From positions 657,140-721,139 of the forward strand of contig NMRA01000192.1 of assembly GCA_002633005.1 (NCBI GenBank): a stretch of DNA of 64,000 bases, in the 5' to 3' direction. A program made the position numbers and the translations under genes. Origin of the DNA: Phoronis australis. Lineage: Eukaryota; Animalia; Phoronida. This document shows, piece after piece, positions 1 to 13,352 of the stretch (within the stretch, counting starts at the first letter, position 1; the number at the start of each line of letters is the position of its first letter). The notes under the pieces are model-generated. The model did no database searches. It was not told where the DNA came from and was given only the letters and a program-made list of their open reading frames with translations.

Positions 1-2600
1 CATTGTCCGGCATACCGTTCATGAGCCTGACGAAGTTGAATGAACTTATATCTGTGGGCGTGTTTTAGGCACAGCGCGTTAATCACAGTGTAGTTTACAA
101 ATGATAAAACATTCTTTGTTCCAGCGCACCTGTTTCTATAAATATCACTCGCCAAAGAAACTATAATATTTCTCCTAAATCTGGTTTAACCCACCGACGT
201 CTGTCCATAGTCCAGAGATCTTGCAACTCCTAATCCCTCCGGATGTCAACCTAGACTCAGCTGTTTCACCATACATGATGACATTCCATAACCCTTGGGC
301 TATGCCAACTCAGTCCTACAGGCTATTAGACGAGTATCAGGCTTCAACGGCAACACCCATGAAGCAAAGACAACACCAATACAGAAAGATATCGGAGCTT
401 TTTAGACCACCTTTTATCGACAAAGAGCCCTCAAAAGCTGATCTGCGTCATTTTAGAACATTTCCCACGTACGCTATGGCAGTGGAAGGTAAGAGGACTG
501 TCATGAATTACTGTGCGATTTACAGAACATTGTGGAAACAGAAATGGAAGACTGTACCAACACTAGTTTAAAAGACTGTTGCTAACAGAGGTATCATGCC
601 TCATTTTTTGCAACCATCGATACATTGAAGAGCCTGACAGGATGAAAAAATTCGCCAGACGTAAAAGACTGACTGATAACACCTCTTCGTGCTAAACATG
701 TCGCCTGAATATCAAGCAGTCCAGCAACCACATACAACTCAGTCCAAGTCTTTTGGACCAACAGCCAAACGCACACTTAAATTTAGCCACAATTTTTAAC
801 CAGAGTAATTTAGTTCTTGAATGTGGGTTAGGGTCAGGATCAGCATCAATTTCATGTTATTTTTCTGCACCAAGTCTGAACAATGTTATATATGAGTTTC
901 CTCCAGCCAGTCAAATACAGTCTTGCCGGATACCTGAATATTTAACAAACTGGTTTACAATAGAAACTGGTGGCCTTACGGAAGAGTCAGTACTGATCAA
1001 TCAAATAGCAGTATGATCAGCGCATTATAAATTTATACTTGTCCAACTTTAATCCTCCGACAACCTATATTATATCAAGGACCTCTGCAAATAACGCAGG
1101 CTTAAAGTAAAGGTGATATCGGATTACCTATTCGGCAGCCGTGTCCAACTGGAAACGAATCTAAACGAATTAAGAGTCCTNAATCCCTCCGGATGTCAAC
1201 CTGTACTCAGCTGTTTCACCATACATGATGACATTCCATAACCCTTGGGCTATGCCAACTCAGTCCTACAGGCTATTAGACGAGTATCAGGCTTCAACGG
1301 CAACACCCATGAAGCAAAGACAACACCAATACAGAAAAATATCGGAGCTTTTTAGACCACCTATATCGACAAAGAGCCCTCAAAAGCTGATCTGCGTCAT
1401 TTTAGAACATTTCCCACGCTATGGCAGTGGAAGGTAAGAGGACTGTCATGAATTACTGTGCGATTTACAGAACATTGTGGAAACAGAAATGGAAGACTGT
1501 ACCAACACTAGTTTAAAAGACTGTTGCTAACAGAGGTATCATGCCTCATTTTTGCAACCATCGATACATTGAAGAGCCTGACAGGATGAAAAAATTCGCC
1601 AGACGTAAAAGACTGACTGATAACACCTCTTCGTGCTAAACATGTCGCCTGAATATCAAGCAGTCCAGCAACCACATACAACTCAGTCCAAGTCTTTTGG
1701 ACCAACAGCCAAACGCACACTTAAATTTAGCCACAATTTTTAACCAGAGTAATTTAGTTCTTGAATGTGGGTTAGGGTCAGGATCAGCATCAATTTCATG
1801 TTATTTTTCTGCACCAAGTCTGAACAATGTTATATATGAGTTTCCTCCAGCCAGTCAAATACAGTCTTGCCGGATACCTGAATATTTAACAAACTGGTTT
1901 ACAATAGAAACTGGTGGCCTTACGGAAGAGTCAGTACTGATCAATCAAATAGCAGTGTCCAACTTTAATCCTCCGACAACCTATATTATATGAAGGACCT
2001 CTGCAAATAACGCAGGCTTAAAGTAAAGGTGATATCGGATTACCTATTCGGCAGCCGTGTCCAACTGGAAACGAATCTAAACGAATTAAGAGTCCTTTAG
2101 TAGAATACCTGTCCAATCAATGATAATTTGACGAAAGTAAAAAAGACAGGTGTTCTTGCCAAAAATTTTAAAAGATTGAATGGAAGGTCTTTTCAAAATT
2201 CTTCTTTGGTCCTTGGAGTTTTACATGTACACTATTAAAATGGTTCGCCCGAGGGTTCCATTTTTACTTCCACAGTATAATGAGCTTATTAAAGCTCGGT
2301 CAGTCTTGAAGAACTCTAGTCACAGTTCATTGCAGGACATTCAGTGAAGAGGTCGCAGGAAGCGTCAAATGGAACTTCAATCTGAAGGTTCATCTGCATC
2401 CTACCGCAGGACACGTGACAACTGGCACGAAATGTACATTCACAACATGTGTTCAAAATATACGAAGATGACAGAACGCTAACCTTACCTGTACCACTAT
2501 GCAACGCATTCAAACATTGGTTTTGCGATTTCACCATGCCCTATTACGACTCGGTTGAAGCCATCAATCTGGGCAGTGTTTTGTTTTGTTGAAACATTTA
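1..2600 (+). pseudogene. Decayed intronless coding tract with a SAM-dependent methyltransferase motif; candidate endogenous viral L-polymerase fragment
   Basis: Long + strand frames broken by scattered stops and frameshifts (221-571, ~610-1016, 1697-1993); LVLECGLGSGSAS GxGxG motif at ~810-850. The viral assignment is inference only. Confidence 0.3.
232..2096 (+). repeat. Near-identical ~0.93-kb tandem duplication (232-1180 / 1182-2096) joined at an 'n'
   Basis: The copies differ by a few SNPs and 28-, 4-, 1- and 1-bp indels; the junction is exactly the n at 1181. Confidence 0.9.
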
Positions 2601-4811
2601 TAAATTATTAATCTGAGTTGCGCTATAAGACGCTCAATTATGAATGTGTTTGTCATGTTATCGTATTATTCACCTTAAATTATATATAAATTATAAAGTG
2701 GGTAAAAAGCCCAGGATTGTTCCAGGATTACTTGAATATTGCAAGGCATTCTAGGGCTGCTTAATTTTTGCGGTTTATGTAAAGTGAAATGACCGGCACA
2801 AGTCATTAAAGACGGGCTTTTTGTAGATTAAATGTCAGTGTCGGCGATGTGTTCCACTTGACGTTGTATCTGTAGCAACGTGAATGGCTTTCTGGGCAGT
2901 AGTCATTGCGTAAAGGTTCCGCGAATGTGACGGTAACCAGTTAGAAAGAGCTGTGAAAAATTACGCCAATTTCACAGAACTCTTGGGATGTTAGGGGTTT
3001 GATAAGCATTGGCACACTAGTCTGCACATAAACCTTTTCGGACTAGACCGGATACAGTGAAACGATCTCTCGAACTTGTGGTCAGACCACTCCTGCATTG
3101 GGCGTTGTACAATGTCATTTTTAATGGAAGACTACCTGCAATTCTTATGATCAGAAACACAGACTTTTATCCCGCGGTTGCCAATTTTGCATAGATGCTA
3201 TTGGAAACACTAAACCATGCATTTTTCTTTTCTGCTGATAGCTGAGACCACATTTTACATTCAAGGTCGCACATTTACCCCGTCTTGTGGGTACTTATAC
3301 TTTCGTTGCATACATTGTAAATTTTATTATCCTGATCGACGTATGATTTGTTTCGTATTCTTTTTCTTTTTTATTTTGATTACTAGTTTATTTAACACCT
3401 TTCAAATTGAAACACTTTTAAATCGGCAATAAGCGAGAGACAACAATATAATTTGAGTTTTTCGAAGAAAACATTTTAATTTCTAAGAAATCGATGGTGA
3501 AATGTATTTAGGAATCATACCGATGCACGTCATTGTTTGACGTGGCCGTGCAAACTGGTCGTTGTGGCCTGAAATTATTAAACCAATGTCAACGAGATAT
3601 AAGTTTCCAAAATCTTTGGGGAAATATTCAGACTGTAAAACGACATGTTGTACCCAGAGTTGTGTGGTGTTATTTTTTCTGTGAATGGAGGAGCAAAAAA
3701 AATATTCAATTGCCGAATGATGTAGAATAACATTTTGAGAAAAAAACATGTTAGTAACAATTATGTGTCTTTTCTTGTTGTTGGCCTAATTCACACGCTT
3801 TTTGTAGCCATTTTGTCCTGTTTGATTTATTCGCTCATTAATAAATTTATTTTCTTTACCTTTTTTAAATATCTTATTTGCGAGCTCCTATGACAGTCAT
3901 GAGCACCAAGCCACACTTGTGACGACAGCAATATCCATGAGAGGTTTTGCCTTGAACGGCCTCAGTTTGACTTCTAATTCTTAAAAGTCAAACTTAGTAC
4001 TCCTGACACTCAAGTCTGTTTCTTACCTGGCTAACTCCGAGGTCACGTACTTGATGTGTGTCCGTGTCCCAGTAAATTTGCTGCTGACCCGCTGCCACGT
4101 ATATTAGAACTGGGTTAATGTCACTCTCATTGTGTTTTGACGACGCGGTTGTAACCCACGAGTGGATTCAATTTCCCCCCTATTTGTGTGCGGGTTATCC
4201 CGTAATAGGAAACCACTATTGTTAGTACAAAACTGGTCGCTCACGGCTATAATTTCACTTCCACGTGACGTGTCTAGGTACACTTTTGGAAACGAACGAT
4301 TATTGTGTTTTTGAAATTAGTGACACGGTGTTTCAAAAATACAACATGTAAGAGCACCTTTGTCCTTTTTACTTCATAAACAGCCATTCACGTCAATGTG
4401 TACACGGGCTGCAAAGCAATTTTTTACAATGACAAAAGGTTTTCAATTTGTTTTGTCTCACGATAGGGCGCAAATAGAGAAATGAAAATTGTTTGCTAAG
4501 ATATTTTTTAACAGCGGTCTGATTAGGTAGTGTTTGCTTATTAAAGAAGAACTTAACGCTTAGGCGAGGCCGGTTTTCACAGGTGATTACCATTTAAAGA
4601 ATTTCCATCATGACCCTGTGTCTCAAAAAGAATTTTATTAATACATCTTAAGAGCCTTGATAGCCTTTAGCATACCTGTTGCTAAGAAACAAGCCAAATT
4701 TTAAAAAATCTGTTACTTATGTTGTACGTAATGGGTGGAAAACCATCGCCGAAGTTATTTTTACCAGTGGTAGTGTGAGAAAGAGTTCGTGGAGAGTCGC
4801 CTTTTCCAGAT

Positions 4812-5013
4812 ATGAAAATGTGCGTTTGTGAAGGATGTAGTAACTGCATTTTGACTCAGAACGTCTCTGTGTTCAAATTTTCTAAATACGTGAACATTGC
4901 GCAGAAATGGCATCGGTTTGTTCACCGCACGAGAGTGTGAAATGTCAATGTTGAGCGTGCGATTCAGTCGGGAGTCACATTTCAAGGAATCGTGCTTCAA
5001 CCAAACACAATAG
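4812..5013 (+). pseudogene. Decayed THAP zinc-finger domain (transposon-derived)
   Basis: MKMCVCEGCSNCILTQNVSVFKFSKYVNIAQKWHRFVHRTRV*... then a frameshift to SHFKESCFN. This matches the THAP pattern C-x4-C...F-x-F...W..FV...HF-x3-CF; in-frame TGA at 4938. Confidence 0.7.
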
Positions 5014-5394
5014 CGATGTTACGATGAAGGACTCGCCACCTTGTAAATGTTTTTGCAAATTTTGAAAATAACGAACAAACTGCCGGCATTCTAGGGCGAG
5101 TGTTGCCAGGCCCTCGACCCCAGCCTAGATCGAGTGCTAGATGCGTATTGTGCTTTGACCGTGCTCTTTTCATCATGACAATAGTGAATACGAATGACCC
5201 AGTGATTATTAAGTGTCTATTTTGTAAATATTGACCCCCACTGGATTCATTTGGTTGTGCCTCACATATGTCTGCAGCATTTTTCGCAGTGCAAATAGGT
5301 CGAATTTATCGAATTCATTGTCTGATTCTTCTAGTTTTTGAGTCATTGCCTGTAGCCACTATGAGTCTTCTCTGTCTGCATATTAGTTGTCCAG

Positions 5395-5625
5395 GGGCCC
5401 GTTCCAAGACAACTGACTTAGCTAAGACAAATCTTAGATTTAAGTCAATTTTTAAATAAAACTTCAATTTGTTTTAAATCCGTTCCAAGAAAGTCATCGT
5501 AAATTTGACATAAGTTCTTGACTGAAAATTTGTCTCAAGTACGACTAAATTTGCGGTTATGGAAGTTTCAGAGTTTTGAAACTGTGACAAATCTTAAACT
5601 TAAGTCAGTTTCTGGGAACGGTCCC
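5395..5625. mobile_element. PIF/Harbinger-type MITE
   Basis: Imperfect ~26-bp TIRs (gggcccgttccaagacaactgactta / taagtcagtttctgggaacggtccc) flanked by a CAG duplication (5392-5394, 5626-5628). Confidence 0.75.
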
Positions 5626-8600
5626 CAGATCTCGCTCAAAATCGTCCTCGTCATCTGATCTGCTGTGTTCCGCCAGTGCAGTTGATTGTCAGGTGACCAC
5701 TGGTCTTCCACCCATTACATCATTTGGCGGGAAACTTTTTTCAAAAAAATCACTCTTATTTGGCATCAAACGTGCTTATTTCATGGTATTATAGTCTCAA
5801 AACTAAGAAAATGCATGGTTGAAACTCTTTAAGCCGCATTAAAGCTACCGTCTCTATCCAAAATCATTTAGACTACTTGTAGTTATGAAATTGCTCTCAA
5901 ATAGTTCCTTAGTCAAAACATATGTGCTTTCTGGTACGGGCTAACAGTTCGTTTTTTCTTTAGATCGAGTCCACAAAATTTCGTGTCTGAAAAAGTGACA
6001 AACGTCGGTTGTCTCAAAGCCTTGTGATCACTTCTAGACAAAGTAGGGGACCAAACAACGCCTATTTTACAACGGCGAAAGCATGCGCGTAATGCCACTT
6101 TGAAGTTAGGCTTCAAATTCACTCACATTAAACATTGTGTGAAACCAAAAAAAGTAAAACTACCTGATTAGAAACTCATCCCGTTCAACACCACCTTGTG
6201 TTTCGTCAATAGATGTGTAGAATTCCCGTTGTCGTTAACTGTTAATCCGTAAATGTGATCCAAGGTCCTATTGTTTGGAATAAAGTAATTATAGCATTAG
6301 CAATGACTTTGCGTCAATATGATACGGGCGAAAATAAATTGATACATGTATATCCTGGACCAAAATTGTTGACTGGCTTCTGACTTTGAATTCCTTGCTA
6401 AAGGTTAAGCTTATTTTCACCCGAAAAAACAAAGAAATAGCCAAAACGCTGCGTTAGTTTTTCGTTCTCACGTGCCTGTAAATGAATAGTTTTAGTAACT
6501 ATTTAGTGTCTTCCACACATACACACACGTACCCTAGAACAAGTTGCTCCTGGATTGGAATGAATTGTAGATTTGTGGGCTGTCTGGGCGTTATTCAATA
6601 GAGTGCAATTGTCTTACATGTAAGTTCACAACTTACACCACTTTATCGAGATAGGGTAAATTGTTCTAGCGTAACATGAGCGACGCAGCATTTAAAAAAA
6701 TGGGGGACTATAGCTCCCCAGCCCCTATGGTGCGTCGCCCATGTGTAACTGGAGCCACTTGTAATCGATGTGTGGCCTCACGCATGCCTCAAGGAGGAAG
6801 TAATTACCAGCTTCGCGCTTCCGCAGTTACATACATACGGGACTTTTTCGCGCCGTATTTTCATCAGTTGTTCATTGTAATGCGTACAGCGGCAACTTCC
6901 GCCTCGCGCTATTTATCTGATGTATGTGTGAACGCTTCACTTAAGGTTCTGTAGGATCTTATCGAGGAACGTTAATTCAAAGTTAATTACCAGAAAAACA
7001 TTGTGTCAACCAGTAAAAATATACTTTCTGAAAGACAAAAGACCAGGGATCATCAAAATACACGTTATGCTTAGTGTAATTGTTCCTATGACGTAATCGC
7101 ACTTTTAAAGTCAATTTTTCAATTTTAACAATGGTATATTCATAGCACAATTTTCAACTTTAAAGAAACTTTCTTTAAACGAAAATTTGTCACTATCTTT
7201 CAAAAGTGTTGCTGGGAATTTTCGATTACTAATTCATTTTTTGTTTTTTACGCCAAATTACTGCGCAAAACGTAAGTATTTTTGTAAAAAATAGCAATCG
7301 TATTTGTCTATGGCACAGTACAATAAAACAAGGATTTTTTTAAAAATCTTAACAGCGTTTTCCATATTAATTAATAAATATAAAATTGGAAAGTTTCAAT
7401 GGAATCCTCCGAGCCGTTTTCGAGAAACGTGTTCCTTATTTCAGATTAAGTGGTTTTGCCGAAACCGAGAAAAAGCGAAAACGTCATGAGTTATCAAAAT
7501 GTGACGGTCTTCGCATAATTCGCGGTGAAAACTTGTTTTGGTCAATATAACTTATACACGCTCGTTATGTTAGCATTCACTAGCAATGTCAACTGAATTT
7601 ATTTGCGTATTTATCTTAATAGTCCTTTTGCGCGTTTATAACAATAACCCAAGATTATGTGAGACTTAACTGTAACGTCACGGGAAGTGGGGCAAAAGCT
7701 AGTCGTTTGGCCATTTGCCCAATGCGGTAGCAGAGTGTATTCTGTTATTTTCTTTGAGTTTTTAGCCGTTTAGTTCGAAAAATGACAAACAAGCATTGCT
7801 GTTATGGCAAATGAAATTCAGATTCGCACTTCAACTGAATACGTTCTATCGCGTTCTGTACAAATTTCGCCCGGTGTATTTTAGAGTTTTCACCTCGTCA
7901 AAAATACATTCTACACCTAAAATTATCACCTATAAAGGCGCTTACTTTCTTCAGTGATCCACAAACCGTTTTGATTTTGTGAATGTGCCTCTAGTCAAAC
8001 TAGGTCAAAAGCGGAATCATCAGTGAGTTGGTTAACAGTTCACTGCGGTACACACCACGCGCCGGGTTGACGAATATCAAGAAACCAACTACGAAATGGA
8101 CTATAGAAAGTGGTCGGAGGTTAAAGGGTGGCGTGAGCACAAGATCGAAACAGCCAAATGTCAAATTGCCGATGAAATTAATGAATGTGGGTGAGGGTTA
8201 ATCTTTTTTTCATAACTTGGTTGTGTTCGTGAACACCAAGTCACAGACCGTCTCCATGCAGCTACTCGGCCGCGGCGCATTCGTTCTCAACGGTCGCATG
8301 CACGCAGGCACACAACTCGCTTGCTATAAAAAACACGCTTTTTCTTCGTTTTTCGCGGCATCTCTCTATTGTACGTAGACCTCGTTGGTTCAATATGATG
8401 GCGACGCACTTAGTGAAAGGACTGCTATGAAGCTCTGTAACCTTTGATTTTGAATAAGTAGTAAACAAATGTCTGCGTGGTTGAGGTGGGTCTTGGAAGC
8501 CAGTCGTGACGCCGGGGAAAAAGCACAGGCACAGTTAAAGTTGACTAGATTGACATCTCGATTTAGCCTTAACCGCCATTGTCTAGAGTTAAAACCACTG

Positions 8601-11600
8601 AAACGGGAAGTTTTTCTATTGTCATATTGCATTCAAAACTCACGACTACATTCTTTCGGGTTGTTAAGGTCACTCAGGTAAGAAGGTGTGTGGTGGTGCC
8701 ATTATGTTCGAATATCCCCATTGTGTTGTCATGACCAGGTAACAACAGCTATCGGGGCATAACGACAGTTGCAAAGAGTGTAATTTCTCTTTTCTTCTGG
8801 TGCAGTTAACCTGTTTTTGCTTGTTGAACAAAGTGAAAGTAGAATTTTCAATGACGGTTTCAGTTTGTATGGTCCGCGATGTCTAAAATAAGTGGTATTC
8901 AAAGAATCTTGCCACGAACAGACCGTGGCGATGGTTTACCACCGACACTCATCCGATCCCTATTCCCCCAAAAAAGAAGCCTGAGACTACTGTGATCCAA
9001 TCTGATAAGAAACAGTCATGGCTGTCGGTTGGTAAATGTTCAAATTTGATTTTTGTCGTTTAAACAGGGCTTTGATACAAATAACATGTACAAACAAATT
9101 AAAACATTTAAGAGTTGAAGATGCTAAAAGCGATGTTTCAAGAATAAACAGCTTTGATATAGCTTGTAAATCCTCTTCAGTGACATTACCTTGAGCGCAA
9201 AGATGTTACGACTATAGATAGGAAGAAAACTTTTATTTAACAACAATCGCACTTTGCGGAATTGATGACTTATATTTTCGGCATTTGGACAACACTTAGA
9301 CAATGAAGTTTCATCTATCAATTTCAGATGAGATTTAATCGTGAGTTGTTATAATACTTTGATAAAAAATTAACACAGCTCTAAATTAAACTTTTACAGT
9401 TATTCCAGAAATTCTTCAAATGAATGTTCAACGTCAGTTCCCATAGGCTTTAACAGACTTTCATAACGTTTTAATCGATAGATAAGTCGAACGTCTAATG
9501 AACACGAAGTAAATCTCCTGCTAGTGCATGCGTCTATATGCAACGTAAATGATGTTATACGAACACAGGTAACCTTCTAGGCAAGTTCGTGCGAAAGTTG
9601 ACAACTCTCAACCTCTGTTTGATTTACGGCAAAATAGTTCGTCGGACATTTTGGTGCAAACACAGATATCAACCACATACAATACATCTTATTTTTAATA
9701 TAGCAGCACAAGTTCTGTTGATCGTGTATTTGTCATTCATATCATATTATGCAAATTGTTCCTGCTTTTTTCCGTTTTCAAATTGATAGGCCTACATGAA
9801 AAATAAATAAATCTGAACGAACGCGCTCCCGTTTCTCGATAGCATTTGTTGTAGTAAAAAACATCATTTTGTGTGTGTACATTTTCCGACTAGCAATCCG
9901 CTGTAACGTACATGTATACCCCAAACTTTGCTACATGCGATTCATTCCGACAAAAAAAAAATAAATACAAACATTATACAACTAAACCATCCCACTTTTA
10001 CAGCCAGTGGTTTACTAAACGCATCGCTTTGCTCGCCTATGTTGCGGGTCTTCTGCACGACGTTGTCCAACTTATTTTAATAGAGGTGACAAGATATTCA
10101 TAGCAATCTGCGTTTAGTTCTCTCTAAATCCATTGAATGAGAAAAGGTTCGTTTCCTCAACCTGGATGCCTCGATCAAAACAGTATATTTAAATGCATGG
10201 GAAATTACTTCCTCTACCTCACCTTGTGTTCAAACAACGTACCGAATGAGAATAACAATCTCTTCAGCATAGTAAATCTTGACTTGCTCATTCATTTTAT
10301 AATATGCTTCAAAGCAAATCACACATGGGTGTCTTGGAATTGAGGTATTTTACATGAATATCCAACACTATTATCTACGTATACATGAAAACCAAATAAC
10401 AGAAAGTCTTACTTTTGTGTAATTTATACCATGCTGTAGTAAAAACTGGCTGTCTCTCATTGAGCTCCGTTTAGAATCGGTTCCGCTTTGTGTAGTTCAG
10501 TGTCTCTTCCTCGAATAAAATGAAAAAGCGAAAGAGTAAAGAAACGACGCCGGTTACTTGATCTGTTCTACGGCGATGGTGCGGATATCCGTCGAAAGGT
10601 CATTTCATAGTGGGTTAGCATTACCAGTCATTGTTCCTTTGCAAGCTAAATCAAGTGTGCTGTTTGTCTACCCGTTGTCAAAACAATTTCGTACTGTCAC
10701 CATTCAAATCCACTGTTCACATAGTGGATATGAACCCGTTCAGTTGTTTATTTCGTCGACCAAAGTCATTAAAGTAATTGTTGCCATTCAGCAATCGCAT
10801 CAATGTCACTGTGATCAGATATCAGAAAGACCCGACGCAGATCACGGTACAGTATATTACAAATGCACCCCTGCGTCAAGTTTCGGCAGAAACTGGTCAG
10901 GTCTTTTGTCAAAAAAGTTACGAACAAGTAACACTACTGTTAACAACTAGCGGCCAAATGGAGGTGCCACGGTAGTCGACCTGTCTGGTGTCTACGTCTG
11001 CCACATTGTAAATCTGTACGAAATTTCATCCTGGTCCGTTAGGCTGTGACGTATTGTTCGCTCTTTTCAAAGGATCCCGTTTTCGATTGTTCTCTAATTT
11101 ATTCGGTGGACCACCGAGACAATCAAAACACTTCTGTGGTCACTTTCTGGGTACAATAGTTTTGATGTTTTTGATCTTATAAACCATTGTATGATGTAAA
11201 AGCAAAAGTCGACATATTTAAACTTGTATATTTCCAAGAAATTTAACTTTTAAATTTGCCTGTTTCTGCAAATTGGACATGGAATAAAACAAATTTAAAA
11301 ATAATGAAATTAGTTGTCCATAAAGCTTGATACTGCTACTAATACGTCCATAAAATGCATCAAGTCATAAAGATAGACACAGGTTTTTATTTTTTCGCAT
11401 TAAAATGTAATTTGGAGGTAAATTTATGAATTTACTAGCGTAACCTGGTGCTGAATTGTGGAACTGCAACAAAATTTTAGCATTGTTATTGATGATGTAC
11501 ACAGAAATGCTGTACGTACAAAGCGTTCATATGTGTTATTGGGAAGCACTTGGTTTTCTAAAAAAGTCAAACTTACACATGATGGTAAAAAAAATAAAAT

Positions 11601-13352
11601 TAACTCTAAAATTTCAAGAGAAAATCAAGTCTTATTATTTTATTAAAATTAGACGCTGGTTGTTGTTTTAACCTACCAGAAGGAACATTCTCAAGTCTTA
11701 GGTCATTGGATTCATTACAATCATTATGTTGATATGACTCCTGTTTCAAAAGAAACTAGAAGTTGATTACAATGCTTTCACTGAATGGTAATGGAACTAC
11801 TTGTCTATAAATCTCCACCTTCTTCATTCTCCATTCAAGTACGTTCATGCTTATTGGTGCACCTCGACAGTGCCCATGATCCTTTTGCACGGTGTTCTCA
11901 GAAACCAATGTCCCCCAAGCTTGGATCCATGCACATTGAGTCATTCTGTGCGATTTCTTTTTGTATATTAGGGTATGCACTTGGATTCGCAACAGGCGAC
12001 ACTTTTCAGTTGAATTGAAATAGGTGGCAAATTGGCAGCGCCTTCCAATGAACGGAAGGGGGGGGCGAAAAATTGAAGAGTTTTAAATAGGGGGACATTT
12101 TTGGCAATTAAAATGGGACATGGCCTCGCTAGGCCCCCAGTGGTTGTGCTTGTATTTCCAAACACAGTTGAGAGACATTTTCTTTGGCCTTTGACACTAT
12201 TAGGCTTTTAGATAAGGCAATGTATTCGTGACTTGTTTCTTAATCTCCAATAAGTGCCATTGTTGAAATTTCGCTTTATATTAATATATTCATTTGCTTA
12301 AAAAACGTGAACAAAAACATGGTCCGAGTACACATTAATTGACAAACGTAAACTATTTGCTACGCGATTTTGCACTGACTAACAATAAGCTTCTGATCTT
12401 ACTGCATACAAAAAGACTTGAAATGACACAAAATTTATACCGAACTTTTTAGCCGGGAAACGTTGCGACGGGAAAACATACACGTAAGGCATGGGAAGGA
12501 AAGGTGTCTTACTGGTGGTCAACGAGACAGCACGGAATCGTCAGAGGGGGAACGGTGAGTGAGGTAAACATCATTTACGTACTGAGAAAATCCAGTCTGT
12601 GGACCCGAAAATGAAAACAAAACCATTTGCGAATAAAACAGAAAAATACTTTTATTCTTAAAATTCATTATTTGCTGTGTTATAAAAAAATACTTTGAAA
12701 GTTTTTCTATTTTGCAGTATACTTCAGAAATTGTTCATTGGGTGTTGTAAGAGCATTCCAACCAAATCCAACAAGGCTTCAGAACATTGAACATTTCAAC
12801 AATAATATCTTGTCTTAAGTTGCGGTTACACATTAAATTACACCTGACTCACCCCAAGCACCTGTACGCAGCGCATTGTCATATCTTTTGTGTTCCCAAT
12901 GCAATAATCCTAACTTAGTGGAAATAATTACTGGCTCACTACCATCTTACAAAGATTTGCCCGCTTAATTGACTCGGGCATGCTTTTATGAATAGGCTTG
13001 ACTTGCTGCTTGGCTGACTGAGGTGTACCTTCTTTTCACTATAATTCCTTTGATGATTTAAGAAATAAAATCACTGTAAACGCTGGTCATGTTCAAAACC
13101 TGTTTAATCTGACATTTCTGGAAGAGTTTCTAAACGGAAAATACAGCACACATCACGATTTTTGTCCAACCGGTCGAAAATCGGTCGACGACCAGTCGTT
13201 TAGCCGACTTACAGCAGACCAGCAACGGTCTGCCAGGAGTCGTCAGCTGAGTCGCCTTTGCGGTCGGAACTTGGGTCGACAAAATGGTCGCTTAAGCTAA
13301 TAAATGCCGACCACACACAGCCTACATTAGAACAACTTGCACTAGTGCAACT

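Noticed and set aside
236-270. PPDVNLDSAV resembling the N-terminal PExHLDSP motif of paramyxovirus L
   Set aside because: Its position ~190 codons before the GxGxG motif is incompatible with an L N-terminus, so it was not counted as evidence.
2800-3040. Near-open minus frame (KVYVQTSVPMLIKPLTSQEFCEIG...NDYCPESHSRCYRY) next to the candidate viral fossil
   Set aside because: It is too short and has no diagnostic motif. It should be included in the same profile search but is not supportable alone.
6941-7670. Possible TTAA-flanked non-autonomous DNA transposon
   Set aside because: The interior looks repeat-like, but the terminal inverted repeats are too weak to set boundaries.
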